From Terriglobales bacterium (GTDB lineage: Bacteria; Acidobacteriota; Terriglobia; Terriglobales; Acidobacteriaceae): a stretch of DNA of 64,000 nucleotides. A program made the position numbers and the translations under genes. Position 1 is the first letter of the stretch. The number at the start of each line of letters is the position of its first letter. Under the pieces are notes generated by a model. It saw only the letters and a list, made by a program, of their open reading frames with translations. It was not told the DNA's origin and did no database searches. Where the stretch lies: positions 16,335-80,334 of the forward strand of contig DASQHA010000244.1 of the NCBI GenBank assembly GCA_035632335.1. The letters run 5' to 3'. This document shows, piece by piece, positions 28,284 through 36,582 of this stretch.

Positions 28284-28647
28284 AACGGCTCGGCATACGC
28301 GCTTCCGTCCGGCTTTGCTTCGGTAGGAAGCGTCTTGATTACGGTCATCGTTTTCAAATCCACCACGCCGATCTTGTTGTCGCCGGAGTCCGAGGTGTAC
28401 ACTTTCTTGAGTTTTGGCACATACTCGACGCCCTCGACGCCAGGCACGCCCGGGATCGCTTTGACTAACTTGTTCGTACGGACATCGATTACGTAGAGGA
28501 TTCCGGCCGCAAGGTGCGCGGAGAGCAAGTAGTGGTCCTCGTAATCCATCGTCAGATAGTCGAAGCGTTTTCCTGCGGGCCCCGGAAGATCGAAAGCCGC
28601 GACCTGCTTGAGCGTCTGACCAAACGTGGACCCGACGCAGGCAACTA
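28280..28647 (-). pseudogene. YVTN-like beta-propeller gene fragment (paralog of 39642..40667), 3'-truncated and split from its 5' end by IS630
   Basis: GQTLKQVAAFDLPGPAGKRFDYLTMDYEDHYLLSAHLAAGILYVIDVRTNKLVKAIPGVPGVEGVEYVP...SAYAEPFR aligns with residues of 39642..40667. Similarity ends at PFR (about 28280). Confidence 0.8.
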
Positions 28648-28702
28648 GTGTAGTGTCCAACAAATAGCTAGACAGGTACCGCGAATTGTTTTACGCTGGT
28701 GC

Positions 28703-29299
28703 ATGAGCGATTCTTGTGCTCTTTCTGTTTCCGATCAGCAGAAGTTAGAGCAGTGGGTTGCCGCGCATGGCACCCCGCAGCAAGTGGCGTTGCGCTGCCG
28801 AATCGTTCTGGCGAGCGCGGCGGGCGAGTCCGATGTCTCCGTTTCCAGGCGGCTCACGGTGAACCGCAACACGGTGATTTTGTGGCGCAAGCGTTTTGTC
28901 GCCGAGGGGTTGGACGGCTTGTGGGACATCGCTGCCGGTCGGGGACGAAAGCCCAAGTATTCCATCGACAAGATTGCCGCCATCGTGGAAGCGACGCTGC
29001 AGACCAAACCAGCCGGGATGACGCACTGGAGTTGCCGCACCATGGCGGAGAGCCAAGGCGTCGGCAAATCCACCGTGAACAATATTTGGCGCGCTCACAA
29101 GCTACAGCCCCATCGCACGAAAACATTCAAGCTGTCGCGTGATCCGAAGTTTCTGGAAAAGATGACCGATGTGGTGGGTCTGTACTTGAATCCGCCGCAA
29201 CAGGCGTTGGTGCTGTGCGTGGACGAGAAGAGCCAGATTCAGGCCTTGGATCGCACCCAGCCGGGCAAACCCTTAAGAAGGGCCGCTGCGGCACGATGA
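28703..29299 (+). CDS. IS630 transposase, N-terminal part (HTH plus first catalytic D)
   Basis: HTH-rich N-terminus and LVLCVDEKSQIQALDRTQPG, typical of IS630/Tc1-mariner-like DDE transposases. Confidence 0.8.
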   Translation: MSDSCALSVSDQQKLEQWVAAHGTPQQVALRCRIVLASAAGESDVSVSRRLTVNRNTVILWRKRFVAEGLDGLWDIAAGRGRKPKYSIDKIAAIVEATLQTKPAGMTHWSCRTMAESQGVGKSTVNNIWRAHKLQPHRTKTFKLSRDPKFLEKMTDVVGLYLNPPQQALVLCVDEKSQIQALDRTQPGKPLRRAAAAR

Positions 29300-29820
29300 C
29301 TCACGACTATAAACGCCACGGTACCACCACCCTGTTCGCCGCTCTGGAAACACTGGAAGGCAAGGTGGTCGGGGAATGCTATTCCAGACACCGGCATCAG
29401 GAGTTCCTGCGATTCCTGCGCCGCATCGAAGCCGAGTTCCCCGGGGACGTCCCGTTACATCTGATCATGGACAACTACGGTACGCACAAGCATGCCAAAG
29501 TGAAAACCTGGCTGAAGCGTCACCCGCGTTTCGTGCTGCATTTCGTCCCCACCAGTTCCAGCTGGATGAATCTGGTCGAGCGATGGTTTGGCCACTTGGA
29601 CAACAAGGCCATTCGCCGGGGCGTCTTCCTCAGCGTCGCCGACCTGCAGGCTTCCATCCAAGCATTCCTACTGGCCTGGAATGAACACCCCAAACCCTTC
29701 GTTTGGACCGCGACCGTCGACTCTATCCAAGAAAAACTCACCCGCTGCCGACGCACACTGGAGCAGGTCCAGCCCGGTTGCACCAGTCCTAACTCTAGAA
29801 AACGAAAAAACACTGTATAG
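29215..29820 (+). CDS. IS630 transposase, C-terminal part (second D and E), in the -1 frame relative to 28703..29299
   Basis: LKKGRCGTMTHDYKRHGTTTLFAAL...HLIMDNYGTHK...SSWMNLVERWF. The frame switch must occur near 29264-29274 (GGCAAACCCTT). Confidence 0.8.
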   Translation: MRGREEPDSGLGSHPAGQTLKKGRCGTMTHDYKRHGTTTLFAALETLEGKVVGECYSRHRHQEFLRFLRRIEAEFPGDVPLHLIMDNYGTHKHAKVKTWLKRHPRFVLHFVPTSSSWMNLVERWFGHLDNKAIRRGVFLSVADLQASIQAFLLAWNEHPKPFVWTATVDSIQEKLTRCRRTLEQVQPGCTSPNSRKRKNTV

Positions 29821-29842
29821 TTATTTTGCAGACACTACACTA

Positions 29843-29873
29843 GCACGATCGTTGGAACGATGGATGTCTTCAT
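29843..29873 (-). pseudogene. first 10 codons of the IS-interrupted beta-propeller gene
   Basis: ATG at 29873 preceded by GGAGG. MKTSIVPTIV joins in frame through the duplicated TA to LVACVGSTFGQTLK at 28647, giving a plausible signal peptide. Confidence 0.7.
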
Positions 29874-29879
29874 AGCTCT

Positions 29880-29911
29880 ACAATAGCCCTCCTCCCTGAA
29901 TATTGCCTGAC
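29880..29911 (-). promoter_or_regulatory. degenerate copy of the shared box upstream of the disrupted beta-propeller gene
   Basis: Minus strand reads GTCAGGCAATA TTCAGGGAGGA GGGC TATTGT, the same 11+11+4+6 geometry. It ends 6 nt before ATG 29873. Confidence 0.35.
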
Positions 29912-30066
29912 TTTGATCACGAAATCTCGACGCGCGGACCGTCCGGTTCGCGTTGGCCGCTATTGACCAACTGCCGAAGTTCTGACAGGAGTTCTTGCTC
30001 CGCTAGCTGTCGGACGATATGCGAGCAAAGAGCTGCCCACAATTGTAATTCTGACTTCCTGAGTGA

Positions 30067-32223
30067 CTACGGCAGCGCGAACACGTACAGCGCATGGCCC
30101 TGCGTGCCCGGTTCGATTTCCGGAGCCACGTAGCTCGGCACCTGGCGCGGGCTGCCGCCGCCCTGGCCCGTCGTCACCACGATGTACTGCTTGCCGTCCA
30201 CGCTGAACGACAGCGGGAACCCTTGCACGGAAGTGATCAGGCGCGTCTTCCACAGCACGTTGCCGTTGCGGACATCAACCGCTTTGAATTCGCGGTTAAG
30301 GTCGCCGACGAAGGCCAGGTTTCCGGCGGTGGTTAGCGCGCTGGTCAGGAACGGAGCGCGCTGTTCCAGCTTCCACTTCTCCTGCAAGGTGCGGACGTCG
30401 TAGGCCGCCAGCTTGCCAATATTACCGTTTGAACCGGGCATCTCCCAGAAGCGCCGCAGTGCGCCGCCGCCGTTGCCGCCGCCCGCGACTTTTTCAACTT
30501 CCTGTGGGAAGAGATCGAGGCAGGTCTGGCTCAGCGGAGCGACGATGGTGTTGGTGGGCCGGTGGTAACTCATCGAAGGCCAGTTTTTACCGCCCTCGGT
30601 GGAGGGGCATCCCGTGTACCAGTTGCCGAACTGCTGCTCGACCAGATCATTGCGATAGTGCGGCTCGCCCGTTACCGGATCGAAAGAATCGTAGACGTTC
30701 TGGAACACCATCTCCTTATGGCCGATGTGCTTGCCGCTGGTGCGGTCCAGCTTCCACAAGATGCCCGTCTTGCCGGCGCTGAACACGTATTTCTGCCCGC
30801 CGTCGTCCACCAAGATGCGCTCGAACACTTCGTCCAGATCCAGCGTTTCGCCGGGCGCATGCGAGTAGTACCACTTCAGCTTGCCCGTATCTCCGTCCAG
30901 AGCGACGGTCGAGTTGGCGAACAGCGTCGATCCATTGCCCGTGCCGCGGCTGATGCGGAACCATGGTTTGGACTGCGCCACGCCCCAGAAAGTGGTGTTC
31001 ATGTCCGGATCGTAGCTCCCCGTGATCCAGGTCTCGGCGCCCGCGCGGAAGATATCCTGCAATCCGCCCCAAGTGTCGCCCCCAGGCTCGCCGGTCTTCG
31101 CGACGGTGATGAAGCGCCAAATCTGGCGGCCGGTGTTGGTGTCATAAGCGCTGATGAAACACTTCTCATCGCGATACACTTGGCATCCGCCGAGACCCTG
31201 CACCACGCGGTTGTTACCAATAGCAAGGGGGCCGCTGGATGTGCTGTAGTTTCCGCCGCTGCGATCGCCGATGGTGGTGTCCCACAGATCCTTACCGGTA
31301 CGCGCATCGAACGCCCGGATGTGCGCGTCCGAGGTCGCAAGGATAATCTTATCCTGATAGATTGAGATGCCGCGCATGGCGGCGGCTCCGGCGTTGGCGC
31401 CGTAGTTGTTCTCCCAGATCAGGTCGCCAGTCTTAGCGTCCAGCGCCTGCAAAATGTTGCCGGTGTTGTTCAGATACAGGATGCCGTCGTGCACGAGTGG
31501 CGCCGGCTGATTGGTGCCGCCGTTATTCATCGACCAGCTCCACACCAGTTGCAGGCTCTTCACGTTATCAGCGGTGATCTGGTTCAGTGGGCTGAAATTG
31601 TGCGCGGAATAGTTGCCGCGAATCATCAGCCAGTCGTTGGCCGGAGGATTGCGCAGCATCGCGTCGGTGACGTTGTGGTAATTCTTCACTTCGCCGGCGT
31701 GCGTGATTCCTTTGGCCTTCGCGGCAGCCGCCTGCTTGCCCTGCCCGCCGGCCGGAGCGCCTTTGCCCTTAGCCTGCGCGCCGCCCCCAGGAGCCGCCTG
31801 CTGGCCTGTGGCGAACGTGCCAATCGCGGTGGTGTTATTCGCGGTCAGTGCCTGCGCGCCGGCCGTGCCGCCGTTGTAACTCAGAACGTAAGCTGTAATG
31901 TTGAGGTAGGCTGCCTCGCCCAGGCTCGCGGGCCGTTCGGGCGGCATCGAGGTCGAAATGAAACTGAAGAGCTGCCCTGCGGTGCGCGCACTCCAACTCG
32001 ACATGAAGGGCGTCCCGGCCAGCGCGGAGGCATCGCCGCTGCCACTCAAGTTCGGCATGTGACACGAGGCGCACGCGGTCTCATATGCGGAGCGTCCGGC
32101 GTCGGCCTGTGCCGCGGTGAACGGAGCGGCGGGACGCTGCTGCGCGGGCAGCTGCATCGTCACGATCGCGGCTCCGCTGATGGCCAGAGCGGCAGCGGCC
32201 ACAAACATCTTTCTGTTCTTCAC
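30067..32223 (-). CDS. PQQ-dependent dehydrogenase (8-bladed propeller) with N-terminal mono-heme cytochrome c domain
   Basis: CASCH within a cytochrome c-like N-terminal domain, then an Ala/Gly/Lys-rich linker. Repeated A.D..TG...W blade motifs follow ([65 protein letters not shown]). Start is GTG 32223 (7 nt after AAGGAG) or ATG 32208. Confidence 0.85.
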   Translation of the reverse strand: MKNRKMFVAAAALAISGAAIVTMQLPAQQRPAAPFTAAQADAGRSAYETACASCHMPNLSGSGDASALAGTPFMSSWSARTAGQLFSFISTSMPPERPASLGEAAYLNITAYVLSYNGGTAGAQALTANNTTAIGTFATGQQAAPGGGAQAKGKGAPAGGQGKQAAAAKAKGITHAGEVKNYHNVTDAMLRNPPANDWLMIRGNYSAHNFSPLNQITADNVKSLQLVWSWSMNNGGTNQPAPLVHDGILYLNNTGNILQALDAKTGDLIWENNYGANAGAAAMRGISIYQDKIILATSDAHIRAFDARTGKDLWDTTIGDRSGGNYSTSSGPLAIGNNRVVQGLGGCQVYRDEKCFISAYDTNTGRQIWRFITVAKTGEPGGDTWGGLQDIFRAGAETWITGSYDPDMNTTFWGVAQSKPWFRISRGTGNGSTLFANSTVALDGDTGKLKWYYSHAPGETLDLDEVFERILVDDGGQKYVFSAGKTGILWKLDRTSGKHIGHKEMVFQNVYDSFDPVTGEPHYRNDLVEQQFGNWYTGCPSTEGGKNWPSMSYHRPTNTIVAPLSQTCLDLFPQEVEKVAGGGNGGGALRRFWEMPGSNGNIGKLAAYDVRTLQEKWKLEQRAPFLTSALTTAGNLAFVGDLNREFKAVDVRNGNVLWKTRLITSVQGFPLSFSVDGKQYIVVTTGQGGGSPRQVPSYVAPEIEPGTQGHALYVFALP

Positions 32224-32234
32224 CGTGATTCTCC

Positions 32235-32681
32235 TTAAGGCAACAGCCAGCCCCATAAGTGACCTTCGGGACCCTTTTCACTGTCAATCTGAATATAGAG
32301 CTTTCCGGCCTTCAAGCTGTCGATTTGAGATGCGCTCAGGTCGACGGCCCCGCTGATGGTTCCGTCGGCGGCTTTGGTGACGGTTAGGTCGCCGACGGCT
32401 TTTCCGCGTATGCCGCGCATCTTGCTTTCATACAGGCGGGCAGTGGTGGCCGGAGTCAGCATGCCTTCAAACCTTCCGCTGATGGTCACCCGGGTGCCCG
32501 CTAACTGCGCGGTGGCCGTGCCTGTACCGACGATGATCGGTACCATTTTGGCGTCTACAGGGACCTTGGACAGGCGACCCTTGAACGTGTTGCCGCCTTG
32601 GGCAAATCCCGGCATCCCGATCCATCCCAGCGCGCAGCCCAGGACGATGGCCACCAAGTATCGCGCGAACCGCATACACAC
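32235..32681 (-). CDS. secreted CHRD-like domain protein
   Basis: Signal peptide, then a pattern resembling CHRD ([18 protein letters not shown]...GKAVGDLTV...[41 protein letters not shown]). The assignment is from memory of the domain pattern. Confidence 0.5.
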   Translation of the reverse strand: MCMRFARYLVAIVLGCALGWIGMPGFAQGGNTFKGRLSKVPVDAKMVPIIVGTGTATAQLAGTRVTISGRFEGMLTPATTARLYESKMRGIRGKAVGDLTVTKAADGTISGAVDLSASQIDSLKAGKLYIQIDSEKGPEGHLWGWLLP

Positions 32682-32765
32682 CTCCCAATCGCGGCTCAGC
32701 TTAACACAGTCAGATGGCCGTTTGACAGTAGGTGGGGGCTAACCTTGGCTCGTTGCTCCGCACGG

Positions 32766-33194
32766 TTACGGCTTAATCGCGCCGGAGGGCGACTTCTTGG
32801 TTCGACCAGTTTTGTAGCCCTTTGTCTTCCAATCTTCCAGTGCACAGAAGGTAGTAGCTTTGTACCCGTTCTGTTGAAACAGTTCCGCGGCACGTGAACT
32901 TCGATTGCCGTGATCGCACGCGAATACGATCTGAACATCTTTAGAAATATCCTTCATGCGCGCCTCAAGTTCGGACATCGGGATATTGATAGCGCCTGGA
33001 ATGGATCCCGACTTCACTTCGTCTGCATTGCGCACGTCGATGACCAAAACCTTTTCTCGTTTGTCCAATTTGTGCTTGAGCGTGTCGACATCAGTTTCCA
33101 CGGCGGTCTGAGAACGTTGTGCCGCCAGTGTCAGAGTCATGGCGGTCATGCCCATCATGAGGGCGACGAGCCTTCCCACCGTTTTACGCGTCAT
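32766..33194 (-). CDS. secreted rhodanese-domain protein
   Basis: VLVIDVRNADEVKSGSIPGAINIP...VFACDHGNRSSRAA contains the catalytic Cys loop. Signal peptide after ATG 33194, preceded by GAAGGAGG. Confidence 0.85.
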   Translation of the reverse strand: MTRKTVGRLVALMMGMTAMTLTLAAQRSQTAVETDVDTLKHKLDKREKVLVIDVRNADEVKSGSIPGAINIPMSELEARMKDISKDVQIVFACDHGNRSSRAAELFQQNGYKATTFCALEDWKTKGYKTGRTKKSPSGAIKP

Positions 33195-33311
33195 AGGCGA
33201 TCCTCCTTCACTGAACTTCCGTTGTGTGTTTCTGACGATAGTATACATACGCTAAGCCGCCTCCCATAAGCGCACTCCCCTTGGACCGCAAAGCGCATCC
33301 TCTCCATCAGC

Positions 33312-33914
33312 TTAGGTCTGGCCCTGACTCCGAGCGGGCGGCGTAACGGTGCGCAGGCCTGTCGCCTCGAATACATCGCGCACCCGTCGCCGGGCGCTGG
33401 ACAGTCTCTGCTTAAGGGCATTTGCGTTAACGGAGTAAACGTTTTCGAGCTCCTTCAACGAAAGTCCCTCCACGTACTTGAGCATCAGAAGAACTTGATC
33501 CTGTTCTGAAAGCGCCCCGAGTAGCGAGTCGACAAACGCCTTCACGTCCCTCTGCCTTTGCTCCTCGATCGAAACCCGGCTACTGGCCGCTGCGTCTGCC
33601 ATCAGGATCTCGTGCTCGCTTAGGTCCGATATTCGGGGCCAGCGCCGCCCGCGTTGCTTTCGCAAATAGTCGTAGGAAAGATTGACCGTCAACCGGTACA
33701 ACCACGACTCAAACACGTCCGAGACCCGAAGTTGGTCAAGCGAATCGTACAGCCGAAGGTACACTTCCTGCGCTACGTCCTCGGCCTCGTCGGGTCGCCT
33801 TATCACCTGAACGATCGTTCCTAAGATCCGTTTTCGATAAGCTATGATCACGTGGGCGAACGCAGCGCCATCACCAGCTTGTGCCTTCTGAATCTGCTCG
33901 AATTCAACCAGCAT
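33312..33914 (-). CDS. ECF-type sigma-70 family factor
   Basis: Region 2 (AFAHVIIAYRKRILG...DVAQEVYLRLY...WLYRLTVNLSYDYLRK) and region 4 (LKYVEGLSLKELENVYSVNANALKQRLSSARRRV). Start set at ATG 33914. The upstream 56 codons of the ORF track are not sigma-like. Confidence 0.85.
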   Translation of the reverse strand: MLVEFEQIQKAQAGDGAAFAHVIIAYRKRILGTIVQVIRRPDEAEDVAQEVYLRLYDSLDQLRVSDVFESWLYRLTVNLSYDYLRKQRGRRWPRISDLSEHEILMADAAASSRVSIEEQRQRDVKAFVDSLLGALSEQDQVLLMLKYVEGLSLKELENVYSVNANALKQRLSSARRRVRDVFEATGLRTVTPPARSQGQT

Positions 33915-33990
33915 GTGATTCCAAGGGGCCACGCTGCCCACACCGACAGTCGTGTCCGAGCTCGATTGCGTAACTAGTGGTGGTTCGCAT

Positions 33991-36564
33991 CTAGAAGCTA
34001 AGCCGAAAAGAGACTTGGAGTCTCCTGGTTGGCTGGGCGGCGATCGGTTTGCCGAAGAAGGGAGAGTTAAGATCCCCGACATAGTTCACGTAATTCACGC
34101 GGTTCAGGACATTGAAGGCGTCGATTCCAAGCGTGACCGTCGGTCCTTTGTCCTTCTTGGAAGGGGAGAGAAAGAAGTCGCGCGACCAGCGGAGATCCAG
34201 ATCTGCGTAGCCAGGGCCCTGCAAACTGTTGCGACGCACACCAGGAGGCCGGTCGTTCGCCAGCCCGTCGTGATTGTCATCCCGCCCCGACGTCTCGGTG
34301 TAGGGTTGACCAGAATACAAGGACAACGAGACTCCCAGCTTGAAGTATCTTCCGGGCGTCACAGTTCCTAACAGGCTGAAACGGTTTCGTTGGTTGAAAT
34401 CGGCTCGCGACCATTCGCCTGAGAGGTCGTAATTGTTGGCAGGGAAACTGTTGATGCCGCTGGCGCGCCCCCCGCCAGCCGTGGTTCCGCCGACGTTATT
34501 GTACGCGCGGCCGAGAGTGTACTGCACCATGCCCGTGAAATATCGCGTTACGTTGCCGCGTAATCCAATCTCCAGGGAGTGGCTCTCCAGATCGCCGGCT
34601 GATTCAATCTGCCGCCAGACGCTGAGACTGGAGTCTGGACGCGCGGTATATGGCGGCGGCGGCGCGTTCACGTCGCGCGACCGAAACAGGTGAACCCCGC
34701 GCAGGCCGGTGTAGCTCACCGTGAGAATGGTCGATTTACCCACTTGCCGCTCTACGCTGGCGCCGTATTGCAAGCTGTAAGGGATCTGTACGGTGGGATC
34801 GAGCCGGACTACGCTGGTGGGCCCGACTGCGAGGGGATCGGGGAAGATCGGATTGTTGATCAGGTACTGGCGCAGACGGTTGCCGTCGTAGCGGATCAGA
34901 TCGAAGATAGGTCCTGGTCCAGTCCGGTCGTAGAAGAACCCTGCGCCGCTGCGGATGACCGTCTTTTTGGCTTTGCCCGGCGCGTAGGCGAGGGAGAACC
35001 GCGGAGAGAAGTTGTTGTTGTCGTGGAAATAGTTCTGCCAATCGTAGCGCACCCCAGCCGAGATCTGGAGATTCGGAAACACGCGGAATTCATCCTGAAA
35101 GAACCCTCCCAAGACTTTCTCGACGAACACGACGTGCCCATTTCCGGACTGCCTTAGTAGCGAAAACGGATGGTTCTGCTGATAATCTTGCAGTGTCGAA
35201 AAAGTATAGGTGCCGGCCGTATTGGTGTTGTCGTCCAGTCCCCTGCGGCTGATATCTGGAACATTGATTCCGGTCCGGATTGTGTGTTTGGCCCCGGACC
35301 ACACCAGGATTTCATTGAGAGCGATGTGATTCTCTGTCTGCAGCCGGTCGCCCTGAGCGCCTCCACCTGTGAACGCGCCGAGTACCACGATTTTGGGACC
35401 GGGATTAATGCTCGTGGTGGGCGTGTGCTGCCTAGCGACCAGCAACCGGAATTGGTTCGCGAGCCTCTTCGTGAGCAGACCGTTATGGTTGAAATAAATG
35501 ATGTCTTCCCGGTCTTCAAAATTAGTGCCAGCCTCGGGAAGAGTGAAGCCGCCCACTCCCTGGTTCTGGATGGTCCGATCGGTATACACACCTCGGATCG
35601 AGATGAGATGGTTGCCGCTGATCTGATAGTTCATGCCGCCCGTAAGTTCCGTGTTCCGCTGAGGCGTGGCGACCGTCTGCCGAATTTCTCCGGAGGGTCC
35701 CAGCGCAAAGACAGTGGCCTGCGCGTCCTCCTCCTCTCGATTTGCCGAGATTAAGAAGGACGTTTTTTTGCCCTTGCCCAGAGGACCGGTAAGGTTGCCC
35801 TCAAAGATGCGACGCTGCTCCGGAGGGCGCGTGAGTGCAAAGGGATCGCGCGCATTCAAACGGTAGTCTCGGAAGAGAAAGTTGAAGGTGCCGTGGAATT
35901 CCGCCGATCCAGGTTTGGTGATAATCTCGATTCGGCCCCGGCCGGGCCTGGAGTACTCCGCCGAATAGGGATCCTGGTTGATCTTGACCTCTTGAATGGC
36001 CGATGCGGAAATCCCCGCTCGGGATGCCTCGACGCCGTCCACCACTAAGGTGACGCCGGTCGTTCCCATGGAGCTCGAATCGAGGAAGCGGGACATGGTT
36101 GCGATGTAGTCCTGGTCGAAGATCGGCAAGTTATCGAGGGCCGAACGGTTCAGTGTGACGGTATCCAGGTTCGCCGACGTAGCCGTGCTCACCTGTAATT
36201 CGTCGCCGCCGACTGTAATCTCCTGACGCACATCCGCAATGGCGAGCAGAACCGTAAGTGGACGCGGCGCTTGCGTTCCCACCTGAACTCGGGCGATGGA
36301 TGGTTTGAAGCCCTGGTGCTCTATCCGGACGTCGTAGTTTCCAGGCGGCACTCCTTCAAATCGAAACGCCCCCCGCGAGTCCGCGACCGTGACTTGCATC
36401 TCCGCGCCGTCCGCTCGCTTGAGCGTGACTTTGGCTTCTAAAACTCCCGCCCGCTGGGGGTCCAATACCGTGCCCGTGACCGCGAAACCGGACCCATCCT
36501 GAGCCCGTAGGACCATTGGAAAGACGGTGCTCAGGAGCAAAAGCCGTGTCAGCGCTCGTGTCAT
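33991..36564 (-). CDS. CarboxypepD_reg-domain TonB-dependent-receptor-like outer-membrane barrel (857 aa)
   Basis: Signal peptide, N-terminal carboxypeptidase-regulatory-like domain (GTVLDPQRAGVLEAKVTL...GNYDVRIEHQGF), a plug-like region, a long barrel, and terminal ..FRLSF. Confidence 0.85.
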   Translation of the reverse strand: MTRALTRLLLLSTVFPMVLRAQDGSGFAVTGTVLDPQRAGVLEAKVTLKRADGAEMQVTVADSRGAFRFEGVPPGNYDVRIEHQGFKPSIARVQVGTQAPRPLTVLLAIADVRQEITVGGDELQVSTATSANLDTVTLNRSALDNLPIFDQDYIATMSRFLDSSSMGTTGVTLVVDGVEASRAGISASAIQEVKINQDPYSAEYSRPGRGRIEIITKPGSAEFHGTFNFLFRDYRLNARDPFALTRPPEQRRIFEGNLTGPLGKGKKTSFLISANREEEDAQATVFALGPSGEIRQTVATPQRNTELTGGMNYQISGNHLISIRGVYTDRTIQNQGVGGFTLPEAGTNFEDREDIIYFNHNGLLTKRLANQFRLLVARQHTPTTSINPGPKIVVLGAFTGGGAQGDRLQTENHIALNEILVWSGAKHTIRTGINVPDISRRGLDDNTNTAGTYTFSTLQDYQQNHPFSLLRQSGNGHVVFVEKVLGGFFQDEFRVFPNLQISAGVRYDWQNYFHDNNNFSPRFSLAYAPGKAKKTVIRSGAGFFYDRTGPGPIFDLIRYDGNRLRQYLINNPIFPDPLAVGPTSVVRLDPTVQIPYSLQYGASVERQVGKSTILTVSYTGLRGVHLFRSRDVNAPPPPYTARPDSSLSVWRQIESAGDLESHSLEIGLRGNVTRYFTGMVQYTLGRAYNNVGGTTAGGGRASGINSFPANNYDLSGEWSRADFNQRNRFSLLGTVTPGRYFKLGVSLSLYSGQPYTETSGRDDNHDGLANDRPPGVRRNSLQGPGYADLDLRWSRDFFLSPSKKDKGPTVTLGIDAFNVLNRVNYVNYVGDLNSPFFGKPIAAQPTRRLQVSFRLSF

Positions 36565-36582
36565 ACGGGGAATTCCCAGGAG

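Larger units (their letters stand above)
28648..29840 (+). mobile_element. IS630-family insertion sequence (1193 bp)
   Basis: Imperfect terminal inverted repeats: GTGTAGTGTC at 28648-28657 and its reverse complement at 29831-29840, with further partial matches inward. Flanked by TA at 28646-47 and 29841-42. Removing the IS plus one TA restores the interrupted ORF in frame. Confidence 0.85.

Noticed and set aside
33195-33311. Possible additional copy of the shared box upstream of the rhodanese gene (CTTAGCG TATG TATACT)
   Set aside because: Only one TTAAG-like half-site is present, with the wrong spacing and no TTCAG half-site 11 nt upstream. It is probably an ordinary promoter with a TATACT -10 element.
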